From Thecamonas trahens ATCC 50062 (lineage: Eukaryota; Protista; Apusomonadida): a stretch of 64,000 bases of DNA. Positions 1-9,636 of the stretch are shown in pieces (within the stretch, counting starts at the first letter, position 1; each line of letters opens with the position of its first letter). Made by a program: the position numbers and the translations under genes. The notes under the pieces are model-generated. The model had not been told where the DNA came from, ran no database searches, and saw only the letters and a list, made by a program, of their open reading frames with translations. The DNA is taken from contig NW_013657613.1 in NCBI RefSeq assembly GCF_000142905.1, forward strand, positions 90,231 to 154,230, given 5' to 3'.

Positions 1-1204
1 CCGACTCCACACCGGGCGTTCGCGCTGCAATCTCGGCACCAATTGAGTACGCTTTGGCGGCGTCGGCGTGGTGGCGGAGATGGTCGTGCTCGACTGCAAT
101 GTTGTTAAAAACGCCAAGGATGGTGCGGAGCATGGCGGCGTCGCCGGGCACCTGCACAATGTGCGACTCCGCCTCTTCGCCCGAGGCCACAGCCGTAAAC
201 CGCGAGAAAAACTCGCGAATGTATGGTGCAAGCAACGACTTGGCCTCTATCCCTGCCTGCAGCGCATCTTCGTGTGCGTCGAGCTTGGAGTGGCACGCGC
301 TCATGTTGAGCAGCGTTTGCGCCACCGCAAGCTCGTCGCCGGCCTCAGACTCGAGCCGCAGCGCGGCTGCAAGCAGCCGCAACGCCGTCCGTGGCCGCTT
401 GATCCGCCGCTGCAGGAGCGCAGCGTTGTTGAGCCACGCAGCTTCCAGCCGCGCCTCGCCAAACTTGGCCAGCGCTGCTTCGGCCGCAGCCAGTAGCACC
501 GACGCTGTCCGTTCCACCGCACCGGCCGACGGCGGAACCATGACTGATGCCGAGCCAAACTTGCGCGCGTCGGCCAAGCTCGGCAGCAGGCCCTTGGCAT
601 CGTTAGCAGGACTCGCTGCCGCATCAAGCAGCAACGCCGCCGCCGCTGCTGTGGTGTACTCGATGAGATGATGAGCAGCACGGGTAGCATGATCCGAGCT
701 CGCGCCGTAGCCCCTGATAGTCAACCGCAGTCGCTCGCGCAGAACTGCATAGCCATGTGGAGTATCCAGCGCCGCCAGCGATGGCGGATGATCCGCCACA
801 TCTCCCAGCTCGGCCAACCGCGCTGCGAGCTTTGCGTCGGGCCGCCGCTCTGTCTGCGACACTGTCGACGACGATGACGCCGGCCGCTCCGACCGTCCCA
901 CCAAGCCGCTGGTAGCAGATACATCTGTTGACCGAGCTGACCACTCATGCGAGCCGTCATCCGACGCATCGAGAGAGAACGAGTCGAGATGGTCATCATG
1001 ATGATAAGGATCATCGACGTCGGGGTCATCACCATGATTGTCGCCATTGCCTCCATGGTGCTCTGCGCTATCTGAAGGACCATGATCACGGTCTGTCGCG
1101 AGACCAGCGTCTGTTGTCGGCGATGCGGTGACGACGACCCATCCGTCAGCACTCTCGTCATCAGTCACACCAACCGCACCGCCATCTCTGTCCGACTGCG
1201 ACAT
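1..1204 (-). CDS. TPR-like helical repeat protein, 3' end runs off the window
   Basis: Hand translation from ATG 1204 gives MSQSDRDGGAVGVTDDESADGW..., open to the window edge (absent from the ORF track because there is no stop). The C-terminal part has TPR-like helices: ELAVAQTLLNMSACHSKLDAHEDALQAG and LGVFNNIAVEHDHLRHHADAAKAY. Confidence 0.7.
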   Translation of the reverse strand, partial: MSQSDRDGGAVGVTDDESADGWVVVTASPTTDAGLATDRDHGPSDSAEHHGGNGDNHGDDPDVDDPYHHDDHLDSFSLDASDDGSHEWSARSTDVSATSGLVGRSERPASSSSTVSQTERRPDAKLAARLAELGDVADHPPSLAALDTPHGYAVLRERLRLTIRGYGASSDHATRAAHHLIEYTTAAAAALLLDAAASPANDAKGLLPSLADARKFGSASVMVPPSAGAVERTASVLLAAAEAALAKFGEARLEAAWLNNAALLQRRIKRPRTALRLLAAALRLESEAGDELAVAQTLLNMSACHSKLDAHEDALQAGIEAKSLLAPYIREFFSRFTAVASGEEAESHIVQVPGDAAMLRTILGVFNNIAVEHDHLRHHADAAKAYSIGAEIAARTPGVES

Positions 1205-1827
1205 GTTTGGCGCCAAGGAGGTGAGGACGGAGGGAGGGGGAAGGGGGGCGAGTTGGGGAGGATGGCGAGAGATAGAGGTAGTCTGAGGGCGAAGCAGAGA
1301 GTGTGGTAGCCTTCTTATATGCAGGGGCAAGGAGGCGGAGTGAGGTGTTGTCGGTAAGAGATTATGACTACGTGGGGGAGGGAAGGGAAGCTGACTGCGG
1401 GCAGGTGGTCGTCCTCGTTGATCACGATCGCACCCAACCAACTGTGGTGATCGATCAACCGGTTGGTGATGGGAGAAGGATGGAGAAGGGGAAAGCAACA
1501 CAACGTGAAGGGCAAGGGCGACCATCTGCATACACATACAACATAGTAAACACCGCAAGGTCGGTGTGTATGGTAACGGGAAACAAAGATGCACATGTCT
1601 ATCATCCTCACACCATCTTGCTATTTCACCTTGACTTGGTTTTGCCATGATCAACAAAAGGTCGTCAAGTTTGCATGCGTCCGAAACAAGGACGATCATG
1701 ACAAGAGGGGGTGAGGAGCCGGGCAGAGGTGACCTGGTATAGGCAAGGGGAAGAGTACAAGCAAGAGCAAGCACTTCTCTCTAAGGAAAGAGAGAGGGTG
1801 TTACTGAGCGAGGAGGGGAGGAAAAAC

Positions 1828-2796
1828 ATGGCTGCTACCGGTAACAGAGCAGGAGCAGGAGCGAGAGCAGGAGCAGGAGCAGCGGAAGGTGGAGAGGGAG
1901 ACGGGCGGCCTGTGTTGAAGCTGAAGGAGTTGACGGCGCTTGCGCGCAACTTCCGTCAAGGAGTGCGTGTGCAGGATCGGTACATCAAGAAGGAGTGCTT
2001 CCCGCAAGCCTTTGTTGGCTCTGAAGCTGTGACCTTTCTGGTGGAGGAGGCGCTAGCCGATGACCGCGACGAGGCCGTGCGGCTGGGTCAGTGCCTTGCA
2101 GACGCGGGCATCTTCTTCCACGTCGGTGGTGGGGGTTCGTTTGTGGACGGAACAGAGCTGTATCAGTTCCAGGAACATGATCTAAGGCCGGACGATGGCG
2201 ATGAGGCTGTCCCGCTGGGTGGCGATGATGCTATGTATTTGGCTTCAAAGTCGGGCTTTCTCCACAAGAAGGGCAAGTCCAAGTTTACCTCGTTCAAGAA
2301 GCGATGGTTTGTCCTTGCCAATGCCTTTCTCTTCTACTACAAAAAGCGGAACGATGTCCATCCACAAGGCGACGTGCCGCTGCTGGGTGCTACGCTCTTG
2401 CGATCCAAGGCCAAGGATGAGGCCGGGATGGAGCTGACCACCGCTCACAACTCGCGCACCTTTCATATTGTGGCCGAGAACGAAGCCGAGCTTGGCGAGT
2501 GGATGTTTGCCATTGGCAAGGTCATGGCCAAACTTGCGCGATTTGACTCGTCCCCGACGCTTGCGCCGCGCCCGCCGCATCCGCCGACCGCGCTCTCGAT
2601 CTTTGCCCGTGGTATGGTCGATAGCTTTGATGCGACGGCAGTGCTGAAGGCGGTGCGCGGACTGAGTTCTGTGGCCTTTGCTGAGGTTGATCTGGAGCGG
2701 GAGCACCTGCTTGTTCATCTGTCATCGCTGTTTGAGCCTGTCGAGCCTGTTCTCGCGGCCATCGAGATGTGCGGCATGTTGCCTGTTCTAGAGTAA
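1828..2796 (+). CDS. DEP + PH domain protein with a C-terminal degenerate HMA-like domain
   Basis: DEP motif (VQDRYIKKECFPQAFVGSEAVTFL...EAVRLGQCLADAGIFFHV...FVDGTELYQF). PH motif (KSGFLHKKG..FKKRWFVL...LFYYK...PQGDVPL...EWMFAI). The first in-frame ATG is at 1828. Confidence 0.85.
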   Translation: MAATGNRAGAGARAGAGAAEGGEGDGRPVLKLKELTALARNFRQGVRVQDRYIKKECFPQAFVGSEAVTFLVEEALADDRDEAVRLGQCLADAGIFFHVGGGGSFVDGTELYQFQEHDLRPDDGDEAVPLGGDDAMYLASKSGFLHKKGKSKFTSFKKRWFVLANAFLFYYKKRNDVHPQGDVPLLGATLLRSKAKDEAGMELTTAHNSRTFHIVAENEAELGEWMFAIGKVMAKLARFDSSPTLAPRPPHPPTALSIFARGMVDSFDATAVLKAVRGLSSVAFAEVDLEREHLLVHLSSLFEPVEPVLAAIEMCGMLPVLE

Positions 2797-2807
2797 GGAG
2801 CGAAGAT

Positions 2808-3372
2808 TTACGAGCTTGAGCGAGATGACCGCGAGCCCGAGTTTGAGCCCGAGTTTGAGCCCGAGTTTGAGCCCGAGTTTGAGCCCGAGTTTGAGCCCGA
2901 GTTTGAGCCCGAGTTTGAGGCTGAGCCTGAGGATGAGGCGGAGCGGGAGCGGGAGCGGGAGCGCGAGACTGAGGCGTCCGAGCCGGCATCAGAGCCAGCA
3001 TCCGAGCTGTTGGCAGAGCCGCTGGCTGAGCCGCTGGCAGAGCCGTGAGCAGCCGCAGAAGCCGCACTCTGCGAAGCAACTGGAGCCTCAGAGCCATGGG
3101 CAGAGGCGCTCGCAGAGGCGCTGGCTGAGCCGTGAGAAGCCGCAGAAGCCGCAGAAGCCGCACTCTGCGAAGCAACCGGAGCCTGATCAGCGCCAGCAAG
3201 CTCGGGCTCTGGCGCAGACTTGGGTGCAGGCTCGGGCGCGGTCTGAGCATCAGACTCGGACGGGTTGTGTTGAGCCGCGACCGAGGTGGATGCGGTGATG
3301 AGCCCCGAGTCGGACTCGGAGCCCGAGCGCGAACTTGATGGCGAGTGAGCGTCCTTGGTCTTGCCCTTCTTT

Positions 3373-3403
<31 letters not shown>

Positions 3404-4624
3404 CCTTGTCCTTCTTGGGCGTGGGCGCAACAAGGGCACGGGCAACGACGTCGTCGAACCAGGCCTTGCCACCGGCAGCTGAAGCCAGCTCGGCGAGCTC
3501 GGCGGTCGAGTACTCCTTGGCGCCGTACATGACGTCAACCTTGAGCTTGGCGCCATCGCGACGAAGGGTAAAGGTCTCGACGATGCCTGGGACACGCTTG
3601 CGGACTGTGACGACCAGGTGCTTCTTGGACTTCATCTTCTTGATGCCAACGCCGACGATGTAGTCGCCGGCGCGGATGCCAGCGGCGGCAGCCGGTGAGC
3701 CGGGGTGGACGTCGTGGACCCGGACTCTGTCGCCAAACTCGTTTGTTCCCTCATCCGACGACGACGAACCGCCGACATCCTTGGCCACCAATCCGAGAAC
3801 GAGTGTGGAGTCGATGATTTTGGCCCGGGCAGCGGCCTGCACGTCGCTGGCGTCCTTGGCCGGCGTGGCAGGGGCCGCGGCAGCAGCCTTTGTCTCGGCC
3901 TCTGCCGGCACGACAGCAGCGTCAGACTGGACCTCTGCCTCAGCAGGTGCGGCAACAGCTTCAGGCTCGGGTGCTGGGCGCGGGTTGCGGGCGAGAAAGG
4001 CGCGCTGAATGGTACGAGCAGCAGCATCCTCCTCAGGATCAACAGTAATCTCGTCCTTCCCAGTCTTTGCCGCAAGAGCAGAAGTCGAGGCCGACGAGTC
4101 AAGGGTCAGCGGATCGGCACCATGGCTTTCATGCGGATGCGGCGTAGGCTCTGGATTGAGCGGCTCGGGGACGACATCCGAGCCATCATCTCTAGGAGCG
4201 TACTTTTCGACCAATCGCGCAAACTCACCCGCACGAGCACCTCGGAGGATATGAAAGAGACAGCCGTTCTTGTAGAACAAAAAGGTAGGCTGCGATGATC
4301 CCTTGTACTCTTCCAGCTCCTCCACCATAGCGGCATTGACTGAAATGAACTTGATTTTGTCGTTGGCCAGCTGAACAAACAAGCTCCGCATCACTCGCTC
4401 CATAGCCTCACACGGTCCGAACCACTGGCCATGGACATCAGCCACTATTTCCCCGAATCCATCTCCATCTATGAGTTCCCCCTCCCCTTCCTCCTTCCCC
4501 TCCCCCCCTCTCCTCCAGCCCAGCCCAGCCCCAACATACCCACCAGGCCGTCCATGGCCACAGCCTCGGGCCATGCCTCTGCACTCTCCACAGCCTCGCA
4601 CACATTCAGCTGCCTCCGTGCCAT
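2808..4624 (-). CDS. Thioredoxin-like (NME8/NME9, dynein LC3/LC5 type) + IQ + PDZ protein with Ser-rich tail; 2 exons
   Basis: Exons 4624-4540 and 4444-2808, intron 4539-4445 (GTATGT...TAG, phase 1). Splicing gives DGLVVADVHGQWFGPC, followed by SQPTFLFYKNG. IQ-like AAARTIQRAF. PDZ VRVHDVHPGSPAAAAGIRAGDYIVGV. Confidence 0.8.
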
Positions 4625-4732
4625 AGCCGGTGCTTCTGACGAGACACGCAGAGAGAGAGAGAGAGGTGTGAGGTGTGGTTGTGGTTGTGGTTGTGGTTGT
4701 GGTTGTTGTCGCTGGGACTGGTGGCAGTCCGT

Positions 4733-4840
4733 TTCCGTCGATTCCGTCGATTCTGTCGATTCCGTCGATTCTGTCGATTCCGTCGATTCCGTCGATTCCG
4801 TCGATTCCGTCGATTCCGTCGATTCCGTCGATTCCGTCGA
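4733..4840. repeat. 9-bp tandem repeat TTC(C/T)GTCGA x12
   Basis: Read directly. Two units carry a CG>TG change. It lies in a divergent intergenic region. Confidence 0.95.
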
Positions 4841-5318
4841 TTTGAGCCGATCTGCCGATGCGGCCGACTTGGCCTCGTCATGATCACCACGGGGTGTGAT
4901 TTGGACGGGATATGGTACCAATTCAATTCCTGGATGGCTGTGAGGGGGGGAGGAGAGAGAGAGAGAGAGAGAGAGGGAGCGCATCATGCGGTTGCGATTT
5001 GTGGTCATCATCAGCAATCCTAATACTGATTCTGATCCTGATCCTGATCCTGATCCCGATCTCGATCTCGATCCCGATCTCGATCCCGTTCCTCATCTCC
5101 ATCCCCAACCCCCCCCAACCCCATCCCCATCCCCATCCCCATCCCCATCCCCATCCCTCCTCTCTCCCCCCCTTCCTGCTCGCATCAACCCGTTTCTTTT
5201 GCCGCCACTGGCGTTTCAGCCAAGGTAGCAGTCGGGGAGAGACACGGGAGGAATCTGCGGCGAGACGGCAACACTTGTCGCTGACAGCTGTGGCAACCAA
5301 GGGGCCATACAACAGAAA

Positions 5319-7217
5319 ATGGAGCACTTTAAGCAGTCATGGAACCGGCCGTCTGAGATCTGGGCACTTCTCAAGTTCAAGTTTACCACCAAGCACGGAG
5401 CTGACCTCCCGCCGCTCTCCGACTCGCTCTCGGACCTCGAGTGGTTGCATGTCAAGCTTGTCCAGACCTCCCGTTCCTTTGCGGGCGTCATCAGGGAGAT
5501 GCACTCGGAGCTCCAGCTTCCTGTACGTAGAGATTATTCCTTCTACACCACACACATACCCATATTCCAATCCATGTCATATCATGCTCCACCATCTACA
5601 TCTCCCCGTCACACACTCCGTCCACCTCTCGGACGAACGAGGGGGGATCGCCCAAAATCACCGCACATTGCCGTTTGGAGGGGGGGAGGGGGGGGGGGGG
5701 GGGGGGGGGAAGGGGGGAAAAACTTTACATGATTGGGTATGTATGTGTGTATGTGTGGATGTGTGGATGTGTGTATGTGTGTGTGTGTATGTGTGTATGT
5801 GCGTGTGTCTGTACTCTCTCTCTCTCTCTCTCTTCGTCTCGCGCTCTGTCTCTCATGCTGTCTCTTGCCTGCGCTCGCTCTGTCTCTCATGCTGTCTCTT
5901 GCCTGCGCTCTGTCTCTGTCTCTCATGCTGTCTCTTGCCTGCGCTCTGTCTCTGTCTCTCATGCTGTCTCTTGCCTGCGCTCTGTCTCTCTTTCTTGATC
6001 TCGCACTTGCACTCTGTTCTGTCTCTCGTGCTGTGTCTCGCTTGCGCTCTGTCCCTCTCTCTTTGTCTCGTGGTCTGTCTCTCTGTCTTGATCTCTCTGT
6101 TTGTCTTGTGGTCTGTCTCCCACGCCGTTGCTCTCTCTCTCACTTCCACACACACGCACTCTCCACCTCGCTCTGGTCACAGATCGCTGTCTTCTACTTG
6201 GTCCTCCGTGCTCTTGATTCTGTGGAGGATGATATGGCTGTGCCTGCTGATCGCAAGGTGCCGCTCCTTCATGCCTTTTATCATCTCTTTGAGCATGGCG
6301 GCTCGGCGGATCTGCTGGACCTGTCGAACATCGGTGAGAAGCCGGAAGAGGTCGAGCTGCTCGACAACATCCATCGGCTCATCGCTGTCCACGCCTCGCT
6401 CAAGCCCGAGTATCAAGAGGTCATTGTGGAGATCTGCAAGGAGATGGGTGCGGGCATGGCAAAGTACCTGGACAAAGAGGTGGAGACCGAGGAGGAGTAC
6501 AACGAGTACTGCTACTACGTGGCTGGCCTGGTCGGTGTTGGTCTCTCGGGCCTCTTTGCTGCCTCGGGACTCGAGGATCCGCGCTACGCCGACATGAAGG
6601 CCCTCTCCAACGCCTGCGGACAGGCGTTGCAGAAGACCAACATCACCCGCGACATGCAGGAGGATCTTGGGGAGGGTCGGGTCTTCTGGCCCAAGGACAT
6701 TGTGCACCAGTACGTGACACGGATGGAGGACATGGTCAACCCCAAGCACCGCACCATGGCGCTGCGCTGCCTCAACCACATGGTCCTGCTCTGCGTTCAG
6801 CACGCCCCGGACACCCTCTCGTACATGGCTGGCCTGGTCACTCCCGAGGTCCTCCGTTTTGTGGCCATTCCGCAGGTCATGGCTCTCGGCACCGTCGCCA
6901 TCCTGTACAACAACCCAGAGGTGCTGGAGAAGAACGTCAAGATGCGCAAGGGGCTGACCGCTCGCATCTTTATGTCCATCAACTCGTTTGCCGACGTCTG
7001 CCGCTGGTACCTTGTCTTTACCCGCCAGCTCCGCGACGCTGTCGGCTCGCCCTCCAACGAGGTCGAGACCCGCATGGTCGCTGTCCTCGACAAGGTCGAG
7101 GCTATCTGCGCCGAGCATGTCGACGACGGCTTCTCCGCCATGGACTGGGCCGTCGCCGGCGCCTGGGCCGCCTCCTCGGTCTATCTCCTGCAGAAGACGC
7201 TGCACTCGCACCTGTGA
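5319..7217 (+). CDS. FDFT1: Squalene synthase (farnesyl-diphosphate farnesyltransferase); 2 exons
   Basis: Exons 5319-5522 and 6183-7217, intron GTACGT...CAG in phase 0. Motifs TSRSFA, FYLVLRALDSVEDD, YCYYVAGLVG, LQKTNITRD, FVAIPQVMA and VKMRKG, plus a hydrophobic C-terminal tail. Confidence 0.96.
5841..5990. repeat. Intronic pyrimidine-rich ~30-36-bp tandem repeat (GCGCTCTGTCTCTCATGCTGTCTCTTGCCT), ~4 copies
   Basis: Read directly inside the squalene synthase intron, after a G-run and (TG)n/(CT)n tracts. Confidence 0.85.
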
Positions 7218-7292
7218 ACCTCGCTACGTCGTCCCCTTCCCTCGTGTAAATCGATCCCCCACCTACGGCCTCCTCTTTGCTGTGAGCAGTGT

Positions 7293-8894
7293 TTAGCCCT
7301 CAAAGGCATCGTCGATGGGCGCAAACGAACGGTCGATGATGTCAAAGGCCTCAGCAATCTGCTCCTCGTTGATGATGAGCGGCGGGTTGCACATGAATGA
7401 CGACCAGCGGAAGAGGGTGAAAAGCCCGTTCTCGCGGAGCTCCTTGTTAAAGGCAGCAATGGCCGGCGACGGCGGGCCGTTGTAGGTGACAAACGGCTCG
7501 CCGGCTGAGTTCTTTTGCAGGTCAACCATGCCAAAGAGGCCAACGGAGCGGGCGGCGCGGACGGCCGGATGCTTGTCGGCGAGCTCGTTCATGTGCTTCT
7601 GCATGACGGGCTCCATGGCCTTGGCGTTGGCGCCAATGCCGGTGGCGAGCGAGTGCTTGAGGGCAGCGTAGGCCGAGGCGAGGCCCACGGGGTGCGAGTT
7701 GTACGTCGTGCCGATGGAGATCGGGTGGTCCATAAAGTGCTCGGCAATGTGGTCGCGAACGGCGACGGCGCCGAGCGGGACAAAGGCGCCGTTGATGCCC
7801 TTGGCCATGGTCACAATGTCGGGCACAATCATGGGGTCCGAGTGCATAAAGCCAAACGGCTCGCCGGTCCGCCAAAAGCCGGCCATCACCTCGTCGCACA
7901 CCATAAGAATGCCGTGCTCGTCGCAGATGGCGCGGACGCCCTCGAGGTAGCCTGCCGGCGGCTTGAGCACGCCGTTAGTCCCGGTCACCGACTCGAGGAA
8001 GAAGGCCATAATGTTGTGCCCGCCCTCGTACTGGATGACCTCGCGGAGGTGCGTCAGGTTGTTGGCCACAATCTCCTCCTCGGTCTTGCCAAACGAGACG
8101 TGGTAGGGGTCCGGATCAAAGACACGGATGACGTTGCCCATGGCCGGCTCGGCCGTCCACCGGCGCGGATCGCCCGTCAGCGCCATCGTCGCCGCAGACC
8201 CGCCGTGGTACGAGCGGTACCGCGCCATAACCTTGGACCGCCCGGTAAAGAGCTTGGCCATGCGGAGGGCGGCCTCGTTGGACTCGGCGCCGCCGCAGGT
8301 GTAGAAGAAGTGGTTGAGGTCGCCAGGCATGAGCTCCTGCATCAGGCGTCCGAGCTTGGCCTTGATGGGCACCGTGGTGTGGCACGGGTAGGCGTACGGC
8401 GCAGCACGCATCTGCTCCACAACAGCCTCGATGACCTCCTCGGGCACGGTGTGGCCGAGGTTTGAGCACATGGCGCCCGAGTTCCAGTCAAGATACCGCT
8501 TGCCGGCGGTATCGGTAAAGTACACGCCATCGCCCTGAGCAATCTGAATAGGATCAACAGCACCGGTGGCGCCCCATGTGACCAGATGCGACTCGCGGAG
8601 CGTCTTTGCAATCTCATCGACCGACCACTCGGCGGCGTCCATGGCAGCGGTCTTGGCGAGAATAGCCTCGGCATCGACGGTGTGCGGCTCGGTGAGAACA
8701 GACTTGGCAGGTGGCACAGGCGCTTGCGGCGTCTTGAGTCCGATCTGGTTGACAACATTTCGTCCAAGCGTCATCGAGCTGATCACAAAAGCCGCAGCTG
8801 CAGTTCCAGAAAAAGAAGCTGACGACAAAGCCAACGGCAAAGTCGCCGATGATGAGGCAACCTTGGCGCCGACAGCAGCACCGACACGGAACAT
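7293..8894 (-). CDS. Class-III PLP aminotransferase (taurine/beta-alanine:pyruvate type), probable mitochondrial presequence
   Basis: Motifs GKRYLDW, GGAESNEAALRMA, RSYHG, LMVCDEVMAGFWRTG and PDIVTMAKG (PLP lysine). First ATG at 8894 gives MFRVGAAVGAKVASSS, Ser/Ala-rich and lacking acidic residues. Confidence 0.92.
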   Translation of the reverse strand: MFRVGAAVGAKVASSSATLPLALSSASFSGTAAAAFVISSMTLGRNVVNQIGLKTPQAPVPPAKSVLTEPHTVDAEAILAKTAAMDAAEWSVDEIAKTLRESHLVTWGATGAVDPIQIAQGDGVYFTDTAGKRYLDWNSGAMCSNLGHTVPEEVIEAVVEQMRAAPYAYPCHTTVPIKAKLGRLMQELMPGDLNHFFYTCGGAESNEAALRMAKLFTGRSKVMARYRSYHGGSAATMALTGDPRRWTAEPAMGNVIRVFDPDPYHVSFGKTEEEIVANNLTHLREVIQYEGGHNIMAFFLESVTGTNGVLKPPAGYLEGVRAICDEHGILMVCDEVMAGFWRTGEPFGFMHSDPMIVPDIVTMAKGINGAFVPLGAVAVRDHIAEHFMDHPISIGTTYNSHPVGLASAYAALKHSLATGIGANAKAMEPVMQKHMNELADKHPAVRAARSVGLFGMVDLQKNSAGEPFVTYNGPPSPAIAAFNKELRENGLFTLFRWSSFMCNPPLIINEEQIAEAFDIIDRSFAPIDDAFEG

Positions 8895-9636
8895 GGCGAG
8901 TTGGTTCGAGTGCGGAGAGAACGAGTCAAATAAGAGAGAGAGAGAGAGAGCGGCTTCAGCTGCTTGGTACCCTCGCTTCAATTCGAGTAGAGTCTGCTGG
9001 TCCCCACTGTTCTCGCTGTTGCAAGGTTGGCTGACGGGGGGGAGTGGCGGTGAGGGAGGAAGCAGGAGGCGGACGCGTGGCTTTGGTCGTTTTGTCCATT
9101 CAAGTCGGTTTTTTGGGCGGTCATAGCTTTTTTTTTTCTTTCTTTCTTTGCTTTGGTTCGTTTGGATGGTTCGATGGCGGTTGAATGTGCTGCCTCAGGA
9201 GGTTGGAGGAGGTATTGTAGATGGCTAGTATTGATGAGACTGACCATGTGGTTGGGTGTGGAATGGTGTAGATGGAGCGAGGGTGTGCGGGGCGGGGGGT
9301 GCGTGTGTGTTTGGGATGTGCCGCGTCATGATCTGTTTAAATATTTTCATTTCGTTTCGATGCTTCGATTTAGCATAGGAGTGCGGGGGATGATGGGGGC
9401 AAGTGTGCGATGGCATGGCGGGGGTTGGGTTGGTGCGTGTATGAAGGGGGTGTGTGTAGGTGGGGGAGGTCGAGTGAGGGGGGGGAGGTGAGGGGCGAGA
9501 AAGAGGGAGAGGAGGATGCCGCATGCATTAGTGAGGAGGATATTTCTTCAATTCTTTGTGGAACTGATGTGGTCGGTGCGGGTTGTACGTTTGCTTGTTC
9601 ATTTGTGCATCGGTATGAGGAGCGGGACGAGTCGAC

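Noticed and set aside
54-671. Plus-strand 205-aa ORF
   Set aside because: It is the antisense shadow of the minus-strand TPR-like gene.
4912-6182. Long N-terminal ORF extensions of squalene synthase
   Set aside because: They are translations of intronic or UTR microsatellites. The spliced model restores the conserved sequence.
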